The notes: generated from the sequence alone by a model not told the origin. Numbered from the stretch's first letter, positions 1-11,675 are shown. The stretch: 64,000 bases of DNA from an uncultured Actinomycetota bacterium (GCA_963829525.1 CAWHIJ010000003.1:2272001-2336000), one strand, 5' to 3'. Numbers and translations are program-made.

Positions 1-939
1 AACCGTCTTGCCTGAGCCGACCTCGCCCTGCAGCAACCGGTGCATCGGATGCGTCTGGGCAAGATCGCCGGCGATCTCTTCGTTGACCTCGCATTGACCT
101 GCGGTAAGAGCGAATGGAAGGCGGGCGTCGAACGCGGTGAGCAGCCCGCCGTCGAGAGGTACCCGCGGCGTGGCCGCAGTCTCGGCGAGCACCGCTCGTC
201 TTCTGGCGAGGACAGTCTGAAGCACGAGCGCCTCGTCGTACGCCAGCCGCCGACGCGCGGCGTTCACCTCGTCCATCGAACGCGGGCGGTGCAGCGTTCG
301 ATAAGCCTCAGTGCGAGACATCAGTCCCTCGCGCGCCGTGACCGCTGGCGGCGTCAGCTCGGGCAGTTCGGGCATGGTGTCGAGCAGGACGGAGACGGCC
401 TTCTGGATGCGCCAGGTGGGCAGCTGTGCCGTCGCCGGGTAGATCGGGATCAGGAAGCCGGTGAACGCGGCAAGGGTGCGCAAGTCACGCTCGATGTCAC
501 CGTCTGCGCCGAAGTCGTCGGTCGCACCGAAGATGACGTAGTCAGGGTGGGTAAGTTGTCGGCGTCCCGCGCGAACGTCAACCGTGCCCGCGAAGAGACC
601 TCGCATGCCCACCTGCAGCTGACGCTCGCGCCATGGCTGGTTGAAGAAGGTCAGCGACAACTTCTGTTTTCCGTCCGTGACGATGACTTCGCAGATTGTT
701 CCTTTGCGCTGCCGCATGCGGCGCGATGACACCGCTGCAACCTGAGCCAAGACCGTCGCCTGCTCCCCCACCTGCAGGCGTCCGATGTCGGAGAGCTGCC
801 CGTGTTCGCCATAACGTCGAGGCAGATGGTCGAGGAGGTCACCCACTGTCTGCAGATCCATGGCACCGAAAGCCTTGGCGGTGGCGCCGCCGACCACGCC
901 CCGCAGTGGCTGGCGCAGCCAATCGGCGGAGTCGGTCAT
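1..939 (-). CDS. recG: ATP-dependent DNA helicase RecG (N-terminal part, runs off window start)
   Basis: Hand translation from ATG 939: MTDSADWLRQPLRGVVGGATAKAFGAMDLQTVGDLLDHLPRRY..., a RecG N-terminus; conserved rpmB-DAK2-recG synteny. Confidence 0.9.
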   Translation of the reverse strand, partial: MTDSADWLRQPLRGVVGGATAKAFGAMDLQTVGDLLDHLPRRYGEHGQLSDIGRLQVGEQATVLAQVAAVSSRRMRQRKGTICEVIVTDGKQKLSLTFFNQPWRERQLQVGMRGLFAGTVDVRAGRRQLTHPDYVIFGATDDFGADGDIERDLRTLAAFTGFLIPIYPATAQLPTWRIQKAVSVLLDTMPELPELTPPAVTAREGLMSRTEAYRTLHRPRSMDEVNAARRRLAYDEALVLQTVLARRRAVLAETAATPRVPLDGGLLTAFDARLPFALTAGQCEVNEEIAGDLAQTHPMHRLLQGEVGSGKTV

Positions 940-962
940 GACGGCGTCACCGAACCTTCATG

Positions 963-2672
963 TCACTCGACGCCGATCAGCAACGGATAGTGCGACTGGC
1001 CTCCGTCGTAGACCACGACCTCTACGTCGAGCCGCGTCTGGTGGAGGTGTCGTCGCACCGCCTCGGCCAAGGGCCGACCGGGCAGCGGATCCTCACCACA
1101 AACGAGGGTGACCAGCTCACCTCCCGCGGCCAGCATCCGGTCCGTGACAGCGCAGGCGACCACCTCTGCGGCGTCACCGAGTACGACGATGTCGTTCTCC
1201 ACCAAACCGAGGATCTGTCCGGGGTGGCAGATCCCAGCCGACGTCATGGCTTCCCGCTCGGCTCTGGCTAGCCCTCCGAACCGGGTGGCTGCGGCCGCAG
1301 CGGACATGGCGACGACGTCCTCGGTGAACGTTCGCTCGACATCTCGCACGGCCATCGCGGCTAACCCCTGGACGTCGGCGTGCGTGGGCAGAACGGCGAC
1401 CTGTGTGCCCTTCTCGCGCAGCTCGACGGCCGCCGCCTCGGCCGCCGCTCGATGATCGTCGTCGTTGGGCAGCAGCAGAACTTCCTCCGCAGACCCGGCT
1501 GAGGCAACGAGCGCAGCCGGGGTGGGACGGTGGCCCGACCCACCGATGACGACCGCTGCCCCAGCCGCTTCGAAAAGTGCCGCAAGAGCCGGACCCGATG
1601 CCACGGCAACAACCTGCCGAGGGCCGCCACGCCCCAGCACGTGATCGCCATGGCCAGTTGGCAGTGTCGGCGTCATGGTCGATTGCGGGCGGAGCGGGGT
1701 GATGCGGATCCGATAGACCCGACCGGCGGCCACGCCGATCTCGACAGCTGGGCCGGCGTCGTCGGTGTGCACGTGGACGTTCCACAAGCCGTCTCCGCCC
1801 ACCACGACCACCGATGCCCCGATTTCATCGAGCCGCTGACGAACCTGCGAGGCGGCATCGTCACCAGCATCGAGCAGGTACATGACCTCGAAGGCGCCGT
1901 CACCGTCGCCGAGGAGCTGAGCGGCGTGGACTGCGGCCGACAGGTGCCCGGGCTCGGGCGCCGGAGCGTGGCCGAGCCCAAAGCTGCTGAGCACCGCGGC
2001 CGCAGATGAGGCGCTCGGGTCGACGGTGGCCCGCAGGGCTTCCAGGATCAGGACCAGCCCCTGACCGCCGGCATCAACCACCCCCGCTGCCGCGAGCACG
2101 GGCAATAGCTCTGGCGTCACCGCCAATGCATCGGCGGCGCCATCGGCAGCTGCCGCGGTCACAGCGGCTAGGCCGGCGCTCACCTGATCTGTTGCGGCTA
2201 CGGACGCAGCAGCGGAGACGGTCAAGATTGTCCCTTCAACCGGTCGCGCCACTCCTGTGTAGGCGAGCTCTGCGGCCCTGACCAATGCGGCCGCCAGCAC
2301 CGACGCCGCATCGGCCGCTTGGAGTCGTTGGTCCTGCGGCCCGGTGGACTCCGCGAACGTCTCCGCAATCCCGCGCAGGAGCTGGGCCACGATGACACCT
2401 GAGTTGCCCCGGGCACCGAGCAGGGCGCCACGCGACCAGGCGGCTGCGGCGGCGGCGAGGGGCGGCACGCCGTCGGGTCGGCCGGCAATGGCCTCAGCCA
2501 GCGCCGTGGATGCTGCCTGCCAGGTCAACAGGAGATTTGTGCCCGTGTCGCCGTCGGGCACCGGGAAGACGTTGAGTGCATCGATGTCATAGCGAGCCGC
2601 CTGCAGGAGGACCTCACCGCGGCTGGCCCAGTCTGTCAGCTGGTCGCATCCGAACTCTGTCGTCACGCTCAC
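963..2672 (-). CDS. DAK2 domain protein (fatty acid kinase A-like)
   Basis: LNVFPVPDGDTGTN, GARGNSG, VEGTILTV, VHVHT, C-terminal GGQSHYPLLIGVE. Confidence 0.92.
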   Translation of the reverse strand: MSVTTEFGCDQLTDWASRGEVLLQAARYDIDALNVFPVPDGDTGTNLLLTWQAASTALAEAIAGRPDGVPPLAAAAAAWSRGALLGARGNSGVIVAQLLRGIAETFAESTGPQDQRLQAADAASVLAAALVRAAELAYTGVARPVEGTILTVSAAASVAATDQVSAGLAAVTAAAADGAADALAVTPELLPVLAAAGVVDAGGQGLVLILEALRATVDPSASSAAAVLSSFGLGHAPAPEPGHLSAAVHAAQLLGDGDGAFEVMYLLDAGDDAASQVRQRLDEIGASVVVVGGDGLWNVHVHTDDAGPAVEIGVAAGRVYRIRITPLRPQSTMTPTLPTGHGDHVLGRGGPRQVVAVASGPALAALFEAAGAAVVIGGSGHRPTPAALVASAGSAEEVLLLPNDDDHRAAAEAAAVELREKGTQVAVLPTHADVQGLAAMAVRDVERTFTEDVVAMSAAAAATRFGGLARAEREAMTSAGICHPGQILGLVENDIVVLGDAAEVVACAVTDRMLAAGGELVTLVCGEDPLPGRPLAEAVRRHLHQTRLDVEVVVYDGGQSHYPLLIGVE

Positions 2673-2781
2673 CTCCTCTCGGCACTCTGCTAGGCGTCCA
2701 GCGGATGCCGGCCCGGCACCAGACGGGTGAGCCTAACGGGACCAACCGACGTCCGGTTTGGGTCCGCCAGAGCCGATCGGG

Positions 2782-2925
2782 TAGTCTGACGTGGCTGTCG
2801 CAGGCAGGTCTCGGCCCCCGAGAACCCCCGCTCAGCATCCCGAGATACCGGTAACTACCCGCGCATGCGCTCCGGCGATGCGCCCCTGCGGCAGAAGACG
2901 CCGCCTGAGTCCTGGAGGAGCCACC
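2782..2925 (+). promoter_or_regulatory. rpmB promoter (-10 TAGTCT) and structured 5' leader
   Basis: TAGTCT 2782-2787; ctgtcgcagg 2795-2804 pairs with cctgcggcag 2885-2894; GGAGG SD before GTG 2926. Confidence 0.45.
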
Positions 2926-3111
2926 GTGGCTGCCAAGTGTGACGTCTGTGGCAAGGGCCCGGGCTTCGGTAACAGCATCTCCCACTCGCACCGCCGCACG
3001 CCACGCCGCTGGAACCCGAACGTCCAGACGGTTCGTACGACGATCGGTGGCACGCCCACCAAGCTGACTGTCTGCACGTCGTGTATCAAGGCCGGCAAGG
3101 TCACCCGCTAA
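2926..3111 (+). CDS. rpmB: 50S ribosomal protein L28 (Zn-binding form)
   Basis: [32 protein letters not shown]...[11 protein letters not shown]; SD upstream. Confidence 0.97.
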   Translation: MAAKCDVCGKGPGFGNSISHSHRRTPRRWNPNVQTVRTTIGGTPTKLTVCTSCIKAGKVTR

Positions 3112-3120
3112 CCACCGTTG

Positions 3121-4125
3121 TTACCCGTCGAAGTGCCGGTGGCCCGACGGTCCGCTCCACTGCTCCCCGTCGACGGTGACTAGATGCTCCCCTTGAGGGT
3201 CAGCCGATGATCGTGCGCGCTCCTTCACGCTCCCGATTCGGGTGAACCCCTCTGGTAGCAGAGCGTCGGCAGCAAACGCTCCCACCAGGGCGTGGTCGTG
3301 GCCTCCGGTCAGGACCCATGGCAGGGGATCACTTCCGTAGGCAGCCGCCACCGTCGCCACCGGATCACCGATGGCGACGAGGTTGCTCTCGATGTCGATA
3401 CGCACGTCACTGCTGACGGCGATGTGCCCAAGGTCAGCAACGAGGCCATCACTGACGTCGCACATCGCGTGCACCCCTGAAGCCGCAGCACCCAAGGCCG
3501 CCTCGTACGGGACCTCAGGGCGACGGTAGGCCTCGACAAGTGCCCGCGGCGACCGAAAGCCGCGAGTCAGCACGGCCAGTCCGGCTTCGGCCCATCCCAG
3601 ACGACCGGCGACGGCGACCTGGTCCCCAGCAACGGCTCCGCTGCGCAACACAGGAGCTCGTCCCCCGAGCCCCCCGATCCCTGTCACCGTCACCGAGATG
3701 GTCTCTCCTCCGGACAGGTCGCCCCCGACGACCGACGCCCCCGTGAGCGCTGCCTCGTCGCGCAGTCCGTCGGCGATCCGAAGCACCCAAGCGGCATCAG
3801 TCGAACGAGGAGCGGTCAGGGCCACCACAAGCGCCACCGGGCTCGCACCCATCGATACGAGGTCTGCCAGGCTCGCAGCAGCGGCTCGCCTGCCGATGTC
3901 GTCGGCGCCCGACCAGTCTGTCCGGAAGTGCACTCCGGCCACCAGGACGTCGGTCGTGAGCACGATGGGCGTGTGGTCGACCAGCACAACGGCGGCGTCG
4001 TCGCCTGGCGGCACCGAGACCTCCGCACCCTGGGGCAGACGGCGGGTAATGGCCTCGATCAAGGCGAACTCGCCCCTGCCCCCGATCGAGTCGGCAGGGT
4101 TCTGGGCTGCTGAGGGGTCGCTCAT
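3121..4125 (-). CDS. thiL: thiamine-phosphate kinase
   Basis: GEFALI, GDDAAV, GVHFR, GGDL, DVSDGL motifs. Confidence 0.95.
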   Translation of the reverse strand: MSDPSAAQNPADSIGGRGEFALIEAITRRLPQGAEVSVPPGDDAAVVLVDHTPIVLTTDVLVAGVHFRTDWSGADDIGRRAAAASLADLVSMGASPVALVVALTAPRSTDAAWVLRIADGLRDEAALTGASVVGGDLSGGETISVTVTGIGGLGGRAPVLRSGAVAGDQVAVAGRLGWAEAGLAVLTRGFRSPRALVEAYRRPEVPYEAALGAAASGVHAMCDVSDGLVADLGHIAVSSDVRIDIESNLVAIGDPVATVAAAYGSDPLPWVLTGGHDHALVGAFAADALLPEGFTRIGSVKERARSSADPQGEHLVTVDGEQWSGPSGHRHFDG

Positions 4126-4173
4126 CGCACACCCGACCGGGTACGGTCATGGCCTGCAGACGGGAGACTTGTG

Positions 4174-4407
4174 ATGGTCACGGCATACATCTTGATCCAG
4201 ACCGAGGTGGGGCGCGCAGCCGAGGTGGCTGACCAGATCGCAAAGGTCGCCGGTGTCACGCTGTCGGAGAATCTCATCGGGGCCTACGACGTCATTGTGC
4301 GCGCCGAGGCCAACAGCGACGACGAGCTCGGCCGGTTCGTGGTCGCCCAGGTCCAGGCGGTCCCCGGAATCACCCGAACCTTGACCTGTCCAGTCATCAA
4401 CCTCTGA
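4174..4407 (+). CDS. Lrp/AsnC ligand-binding domain protein
   Basis: MVTAYILIQTEVG...GAYDVIVRAE...GITRTLTCPV; conserved neighbour of thiL. Confidence 0.9.
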   Translation: MVTAYILIQTEVGRAAEVADQIAKVAGVTLSENLIGAYDVIVRAEANSDDELGRFVVAQVQAVPGITRTLTCPVINL

Positions 4408-4410
4408 GGC

Positions 4411-4893
4411 GTGCGAGTCGCCCCGCTGCTCACCCTCCTTGCGGTCGTGTCCGGCTGCTCTGGCGCCGTGGAAGTAACCGCTCCGAGCAATGTCGACCCG
4501 GAAACCGCGCAGATCTGTGCTGACCTCGTCGGCGCGCTCCCCGAGAGGGTGTCCGGTCAAGATGCCCAGGACACTGACCCGGAGTCGACGCTCACTGCCG
4601 CCTGGGGTGACCCGGCCATCGTCTTGCGATGCGGCGTACCGCGACCCGCCGCCCTGCAAGCCACGTCATCGCTGACCAACGTCAATGGAGTCGACTGGTT
4701 CGCCGAAGAACTGACTGGCGGCTACCTCTTCACCACCTACGGACGCCAGCCGTACGTTGAGGTGACTGTTCCTGACACGTATTCGCCGGAGATCGGACCG
4801 GTCGCAGAACTCTCCGCGACCGTCGCCGACACCGTGCCGGAGGGATCGGAGGCGGAACCGACGCCCTCCCCCAGCCTCACGACGTCACCGTAG
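4411..4893 (+). CDS. DUF3515 family lipoprotein
   Basis: Lipobox VSGC; AAWGDPAIVLRCGV, VNGVDWF. Confidence 0.85.
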   Translation: MRVAPLLTLLAVVSGCSGAVEVTAPSNVDPETAQICADLVGALPERVSGQDAQDTDPESTLTAAWGDPAIVLRCGVPRPAALQATSSLTNVNGVDWFAEELTGGYLFTTYGRQPYVEVTVPDTYSPEIGPVAELSATVADTVPEGSEAEPTPSPSLTTSP

Positions 4894-5997
4894 GCCGCGG
4901 CGCTTTCCCAGGGCCGTGCGTACCAGGCGGGCGACGAGATCGGGATACTCGACGCCGGAGGCCTGCCACATCCGTGGAAAGAGTGAGATGTGCGTGAAGC
5001 CGGGGATGGTGTTGATCTCGTTCAGCACCACCTCACCGTCGTCGGTGACGAAGAAGTCCACCCGGGCATAGTCCTCGCAACCCACAGCGTCGAAGACGGC
5101 ACAGGCGGCTCGCCGTACGCGCTCGGAGACCTCCTCGGGAAGATCAGCCGGAACGGCCAGCTCGGTGACATCGTCAAGGTACTTGGCCTCGAAGTCATAG
5201 AACGTATGGTCCCCAAGCACGCGAACCTCGGCACACACACTCGCTTCCGGTCCACGACCGTCGGTGCGAGCCAACACCCCACACTCGATCTCGCGGCCGA
5301 CGATGCCCTGCTCGACCACCACCTTGGGGTCGTGCTCACGCGCCGCCTCGATCGCCGGCTCGAGGTCGGCCCAGTCGGTCACGCGGGTGATGCCGACACT
5401 GGAACCGGCCCTGGCGGGTTTGACGAAGACCGGCAGCGACAGAACACGCACCGACCGCAGCGCGCGCTCCCGGTCGAACGACCAGTCGCGGTCAGCGATG
5501 ACGACGAACGGGGCCTGCGCGATTCCCGCCGCCGCCACCAAGATCTTCGTGACCGCCTTGTCCATCGCAGCCGCACTGGCCAGGACCCCTGATCCCACGT
5601 AAGGGACCCCGGCAAGCTCGAGCAGGCCCTGGATCGTCCCGTCTTCCCCATAGGGACCGTGCAGGAGCGGGAAGACCACGTCGACATCGGCCAGCACCTC
5701 GGGAACGTGGCCTGGCTCGTGCACACTCAACGCCCGGGAAGGGTCAGCGGTCCACGCCACCGGGGGGCCGGTGTCGTCGCCGACCGAGGGAAGCCGACCG
5801 TCGTCGATCGCGAGCCGTTCAGGATCGGAGTCGACCAGCACCCAGCGACCCTCTGGGGTGATCCCTACCGGCACGACATCAAACTGCTCGGGGTCGAGCG
5901 CTCGTAGGACGCCACCGGCGGAGATGCACGAGATCTGGTGCTCGGTGCTGCGTCCCCCGAAGACAACGGCAACGCGAATACGGGGTGAGGAGATCAC
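4885..5997 (-). CDS. ddl: D-alanine--D-alanine ligase
   Basis: FGGRSTEH, LHGPYGEDG, GSSVG, EINTIPGFT; -10 TAGGCT 6 nt before GTG. Confidence 0.97.
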   Translation of the reverse strand: MISSPRIRVAVVFGGRSTEHQISCISAGGVLRALDPEQFDVVPVGITPEGRWVLVDSDPERLAIDDGRLPSVGDDTGPPVAWTADPSRALSVHEPGHVPEVLADVDVVFPLLHGPYGEDGTIQGLLELAGVPYVGSGVLASAAAMDKAVTKILVAAAGIAQAPFVVIADRDWSFDRERALRSVRVLSLPVFVKPARAGSSVGITRVTDWADLEPAIEAAREHDPKVVVEQGIVGREIECGVLARTDGRGPEASVCAEVRVLGDHTFYDFEAKYLDDVTELAVPADLPEEVSERVRRAACAVFDAVGCEDYARVDFFVTDDGEVVLNEINTIPGFTHISLFPRMWQASGVEYPDLVARLVRTALGKRRGLR

Positions 5998-6001
5998 CGG
6001 C

Positions 6002-7027
6002 TCAGCCTATGTCGGGCGCCACGGCGCGGTGCCACTCCGGCTTGGCAACCCGACTCATCAACGACACAACCATGTCACGCGGCGACCAGCCCTGCTCGAT
6101 CACTCCGGAGACGTGCTCGGTGATAGGCATGTCCACCTGGTGCTCCTGGGCCAGCTCCAGTACCGCTGCGCAAGACGTGACGCCCTCGGCTGTCTGGGCG
6201 GTGATCGCGGCAACCTCATCCATCGTCATCCCACGGCCGAGGTTCTCGCCGAACGTGCGGTTCCGTGAGAGCGGGGACGAGCAGGTCGCGATCAGGTCTC
6301 CCACTCCAGCCAGCCCCATGAAGGTCAGCGGGTCTGCCTCCATGGCAACCCCCAGTCGGGTCATCTCGGCCAGTCCCCGCGTCATGATCGCCGCTTTGCT
6401 GTTGTCGCCGAAGCCCATCCCTTCGGCCATGCCGGTGGCCAAAGCGATGACGTTCTTCACCACTCCGCCGAGCTCAACCCCGACGACATCGGCGTTGGTG
6501 TAAGGGCGAAAATAGGGGGTTCTGGTCCACTCCTGGACCTGGGTGGCGACGTCCCCATCGGCACACGCGATCACGCTGGCGGTCGGTTGACGCTGTACCA
6601 CCTCGCGGGCGAGGTTCGGGCCGGAGAGCACCGCGATGCGTTCGGCCGGACAGTTCCCCTCCGACGCCACCACCTCGCTCATCCGGGCGTGCGAGCCCTG
6701 CTCGAGGCCCTTCAGGAGGCTGAGCACGACGGCCTTGGGCGGGATCTGTTCCGCCCACATCGAGAGGTTGGCCCGCAGTGACTGAGCCGGGACAGCCAAC
6801 ACCACCAGATCGGCACTGGACAGTGCCTCGCGCGTGTCAGCGAAGGCTGTCACCCTCGCTGGCAGCTCGAGGTCTGGATGGAACTGGGCATTGCGGCGTG
6901 ATGAGTTCACGGCGGCAACTGTTGTCGGGTTGCGCCCCCAAAGGCGTACCTCGTGGCCGGCGTCGGCAAGGACGAGACCGAAGGCGGTGCCCCACGAGCC
7001 GAGCCCCATGACGGCTGCCTGCATCAC
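6002..7027 (-). CDS. gpsA: NAD(P)H-dependent glycerol-3-phosphate dehydrogenase
   Basis: GLGSWGTA, SGPNLA, KNVIA, GLAGVGDLIATC, SRNR. Confidence 0.96.
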   Translation of the reverse strand: MMQAAVMGLGSWGTAFGLVLADAGHEVRLWGRNPTTVAAVNSSRRNAQFHPDLELPARVTAFADTREALSSADLVVLAVPAQSLRANLSMWAEQIPPKAVVLSLLKGLEQGSHARMSEVVASEGNCPAERIAVLSGPNLAREVVQRQPTASVIACADGDVATQVQEWTRTPYFRPYTNADVVGVELGGVVKNVIALATGMAEGMGFGDNSKAAIMTRGLAEMTRLGVAMEADPLTFMGLAGVGDLIATCSSPLSRNRTFGENLGRGMTMDEVAAITAQTAEGVTSCAAVLELAQEHQVDMPITEHVSGVIEQGWSPRDMVVSLMSRVAKPEWHRAVAPDIG

Positions 7028-7082
7028 GGCCTCCTTCTAGTTCTGACGTCGCTCAGGTGATCACAGTCGCGCTCACGACGCG

Positions 7083-7835
7083 TCACACCGGGTCGCGACC
7101 GGCGCGGCTCTGATTCTTGCGTGGGTTACCGGTCCGTGGCAGGTCGGACGCGCGCGGGTCGAACAGTGAAGTTGGCGCGAGGTCGTGCCGGAGATCGGCG
7201 AGCAGTCCGCTCACCGACGTCATGATCGCGCCGGTGAGTGCGCGAAAGTCCGGAGGATCGGTCGTCGAGAGCTCAAGAGGGGGCCCGGCCAGCACCCGAA
7301 TCAGCGGTCTGCGCCACACCCGGGGTACCCGACCGTACGGCGCAAGGAGTTCTTCTGGCCCCCACTGTGCGACCGGAATGACGGGGCACCTGGTCTGCCA
7401 CCACACGCGGGCGGCCCCTGTCTTGCCCAGCATCGGCCAGAGGTCGGGATCCCGTGTCAGCGTTCCCTCGGGGTAGATCACGACGCACTCACCCCTTCGC
7501 ACCGCGTCCACGGCAGCCGCCAGGGCCGAGCCCGCGTGCTCGCTCTCTCGCTGGACGGGGATCTGACCGGCCGCGTGGAGCAGGTCACCGAGGACCGGAA
7601 CGTCGAAGAGTTCAGCCTTCCCCAAGAATCGCGGACGCCGGCCCGCGGCGTCGACGAAGTCAGCAATGGTCAGAGGGTCCGCGTGCGAGACGTGGTTGGA
7701 CACGACAACACAGCCGCCTTCGGCCGGAAGGTGCTCCTGGCCGCTCCATTCCCGGCGACTGGCGATTCGCAGGGCGGGGCGGAGGATCGCGCGGGCCACC
7801 GAGTACGTGGCACCAGGGCCGCTGGCAGCGCCCAC
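7083..7835 (-). CDS. plsC: 1-acyl-sn-glycerol-3-phosphate acyltransferase family
   Basis: NHVSHAD, FLGKAELF, IYPEGT; start chosen at GTG after GAGAGG. Confidence 0.85.
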   Translation of the reverse strand: MGAASGPGATYSVARAILRPALRIASRREWSGQEHLPAEGGCVVVSNHVSHADPLTIADFVDAAGRRPRFLGKAELFDVPVLGDLLHAAGQIPVQRESEHAGSALAAAVDAVRRGECVVIYPEGTLTRDPDLWPMLGKTGAARVWWQTRCPVIPVAQWGPEELLAPYGRVPRVWRRPLIRVLAGPPLELSTTDPPDFRALTGAIMTSVSGLLADLRHDLAPTSLFDPRASDLPRTGNPRKNQSRAGRDPV

Positions 7836-7958
7836 ATGCACCTCTCTCCACACCTCTCCCCGCCGGGCTGCCCTTGAGTCTCGTCCCAGCACCCCGCGGT
7901 GTCGAGGACCGCCACCTGCCAGCCGCCCGGCACGAACCATCCCCGTACGCTGCCCCAA

Positions 7959-8588
7959 ATGTGGCACGTGGTCGTTCCCCTCAAAGGCTGGGGCGCTGCC
8001 AAGTCGCGTCTTGCGCTGCCGAAGGCTGCCAGGCGCCAGATGGTGCAGGCGATGGCATCAGACACACTCGCGACACTCACGGCCTGCCCAGAGGTTCAGA
8101 CCGTCTCGGTGCTCGTGCGCGATCGCGATCTCATCCGTTCGCCGGTGCTGCGGGATATCGCCACCGTTGTTGCCCAACCGGATGACGCCCCCTCGCTCAA
8201 TGCGGCGCTCACTTGGTTCGCGACGACCGTCCTCACCGAGCCGGGGCCGCTCGCGGTCGTGGTTGCCGATCTCCCCGCCCTGACGGTCACCTCGCTGTCA
8301 AAGGTTCTCCGTCAGGCGCAGCAACACTCCTCCGCCATGGTTGCCGACCGCTCAAACTCAGGGACGACTGTCCTGACCGCACTCGTGGCCGCCCACGTGG
8401 ACCCGCACTTTGGGCCGCGCTCTGCGGCAGCCCATCGAACGGCCGGCGCGACTTTGGTGACCAGTCCTGCCGACGTGGCCTGCGACGTCGACACGCTCGC
8501 TGATCTCGCCCATGCGCGACTGCTCGGGGTGGGTCCGCAAACCGCCACTTTGCTGACCGACTCGGCTATCAGCACCTGGCTAGGCTGA
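7959..8588 (+). CDS. cofC: 2-phospho-L-lactate/phosphoenolpyruvate guanylyltransferase (F420 biosynthesis)
   Basis: VVPLKGWGAAKSRL, ADLPAL, FGPRSAAAH, DVDT; -10 TACGCT 7 nt upstream. Confidence 0.9.
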   Translation: MWHVVVPLKGWGAAKSRLALPKAARRQMVQAMASDTLATLTACPEVQTVSVLVRDRDLIRSPVLRDIATVVAQPDDAPSLNAALTWFATTVLTEPGPLAVVVADLPALTVTSLSKVLRQAQQHSSAMVADRSNSGTTVLTALVAAHVDPHFGPRSAAAHRTAGATLVTSPADVACDVDTLADLAHARLLGVGPQTATLLTDSAISTWLG

Positions 8589-8593
8589 CCGTC

Positions 8594-8824
8594 ATGAGCG
8601 GCCACCCCATGCAGGCAACGGTGCATGAGTTCGACGCCAGGACCGGAGTCGGGTCGGTGATCACCGACCAGGGTCTGGTGATTCCGTTCGGACCTGACTC
8701 GTGGGAGTCAGGTCCCCTGCTGACAATGCGTCAGGGCCAGCGAGTTCGCGTGGCGATCGCTGGAACAGGTGTCGACGCCGCGGTAACCGCGCTGACGCTG
8801 GTGACGTTCCCACCACTTTCGTAG
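8594..8824 (+). CDS. small cold-shock/OB-fold-like protein
   Basis: MQATVHEFD...GSVITDQG...RQGQRV; typical actinobacterial cofC neighbour; -10 TAGGCT 7 nt upstream. Confidence 0.7.
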   Translation: MSGHPMQATVHEFDARTGVGSVITDQGLVIPFGPDSWESGPLLTMRQGQRVRVAIAGTGVDAAVTALTLVTFPPLS

Positions 8825-8834
8825 AAGCATGCGA

Positions 8835-8866
8835 GAAGGCCCGGACCGCATGCGGTCCGGGCCTTC
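8835..8866. terminator. bidirectional terminator hairpin between convergent genes
   Basis: Perfect 32-bp palindrome gaaggcccggaccgca|tgcggtccgggccttc. Confidence 0.8.
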
Positions 8867-8880
8867 GTCGCCTGCCTGGT

Positions 8881-9333
8881 CTAGCGCTTACGCGCCGTCT
8901 TCTTGGCTGCTGTCTTGCGAGCCGGGGCCTTCTTGGCAGCGGTCTTGCGGACCGGGGCCTTCTTGGCAGCGGTCTTGCGAGCGGGCGCCTTCTTGGCGGT
9001 GGCCTTCTTTGTCGTCTTCTTGGCAGCGGCCTTCTTGGCCGGAGCGGCAAGCTTCTTCTCGCCGTTCACGACAGCCTTGAACTCCGCACCCGCTGTGAAC
9101 TTGGGAACGGACTTCTTCTTGGTCTTGACGGTAGCGCCGGTCTGCGGGTTACGGGCAGTGCCAGCGGGACGGATGCGACGCTCGAACTTGCCGAAACCGG
9201 TGATCGCGACGGCCTCACCCTTGGCCACCTGGCGAGTGATCGTGCCGATCACCGCCTCGAGCGCGTTGTGGGCAGCGCGGCGGTTCCCGTCGAACTGGCC
9301 GGCGAGTTCATCAATCAACTGAGCCTTGTTCAC
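8881..9333 (-). CDS. hupB: HU family DNA-binding protein with Lys/Ala-rich histone-like tail
   Basis: MNKAQLID...ITGFGKF...ARNPQTG...PKFTAG plus AAKKAPARKT repeats. Confidence 0.95.
   Translation of the reverse strand: MNKAQLIDELAGQFDGNRRAAHNALEAVIGTITRQVAKGEAVAITGFGKFERRIRPAGTARNPQTGATVKTKKKSVPKFTAGAEFKAVVNGEKKLAAPAKKAAAKKTTKKATAKKAPARKTAAKKAPVRKTAAKKAPARKTAAKKTARKR
8898..9040. repeat. approximately 30-bp coding tandem repeat (AAKKAPARKT)
   Basis: Repeated ccttcttggcagcggtcttgcg units. Confidence 0.8.
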
Positions 9334-9500
9334 TACTTCCCCTTCGAAAGCCTGTGCGGTCGGGCGTTTTCCCGACCGATGGGAACGTTAGGCAATCTGG
9401 GGCCAGGACACAATGCATACACGCCGGAAAACGCCTTGTGTTGCAAGGAGATTCGTCACACCTGGACTCATCATGCTTGGCGATCGCTCTGGGCGAACCC

Positions 9501-10094
9501 TTACCCGGTAACGGTTGTGGGCATCCAGACTGGTCGAGCCGCCTCGAACTCGGTGATGAGATCGGTGTGGCGCAAGGTCAAACCCACGTCATCGAGACCC
9601 TCGAGCAGACGCCACTGCGCATAGTCATCGAGCTCGAACGGCACTGTTTCACCAGCAAATCGCACACCGCGAGCCTGCAGATCCACGCTGACCTCGATCG
9701 CGGGGTCGGCCTCGGCCGCTTCCCACAAGCGCTCAACGACATCTTCGGGGAGCTCAATGGTCAGCAGCCCTCCCTTGAGGCTGTTGCCTCTGAAGATGTC
9801 AGCAAAGCGTGGCGAGATGACGACGCGGAACCCGTAGTTCTGCAGTGCCCACACAGCGTGTTCGCGAGAGGATCCGGTGCCGAACTCAGGTCCGGCGACG
9901 AGGACGGTGGCTCCCGCGTACTGCGGCTGGTTGAGGACGAAGTCGGGGTCCTTGCGCCATGCCGCGAACAAACCGTCCTCAAACCCGTCGCGGGTGATTC
10001 GCTTCAGGTAGACGGCAGGGATGATCTGGTCGGTGTCGACATTGCTACGACGAAGCGGCAACATGCGACCCACGTGCGTGGTGAACTTCTCCAT
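9501..10094 (-). CDS. leuD: 3-isopropylmalate dehydratase small subunit
   Basis: [19 protein letters not shown]. Confidence 0.98.
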   Translation of the reverse strand: MEKFTTHVGRMLPLRRSNVDTDQIIPAVYLKRITRDGFEDGLFAAWRKDPDFVLNQPQYAGATVLVAGPEFGTGSSREHAVWALQNYGFRVVISPRFADIFRGNSLKGGLLTIELPEDVVERLWEAAEADPAIEVSVDLQARGVRFAGETVPFELDDYAQWRLLEGLDDVGLTLRHTDLITEFEAARPVWMPTTVTG

Positions 10095-10109
10095 CGTTGG
10101 CTCCGATTC

Positions 10110-11555
<1,446 letters not shown>

Positions 11556-11644
11556 GGTTCCTCCTTGCTCAAGGGTTCTCTGCAACGACTCTTCGTCTCA
11601 CGGGTGTCGTGTTTGCTCACTTGCTTTTCTTCACCACTGCTTGC

Positions 11645-11661
11645 GTCTCAGATGTCGAAAC
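11645..11661. promoter_or_regulatory. candidate NdgR/IclR operator
   Basis: GTCTCA-GATGT-CGAAAC imperfect palindrome between divergent leuC and regulator; near-identical copy before leuB. Confidence 0.65.
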
Positions 11662-11675
11662 GGCAGTATCGGGTT

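Noticed and set aside
8898-9040. 30-bp repeats as a CRISPR or guide array
   Set aside because: No unique spacers; they encode the HU Lys/Ala tail; no cas genes
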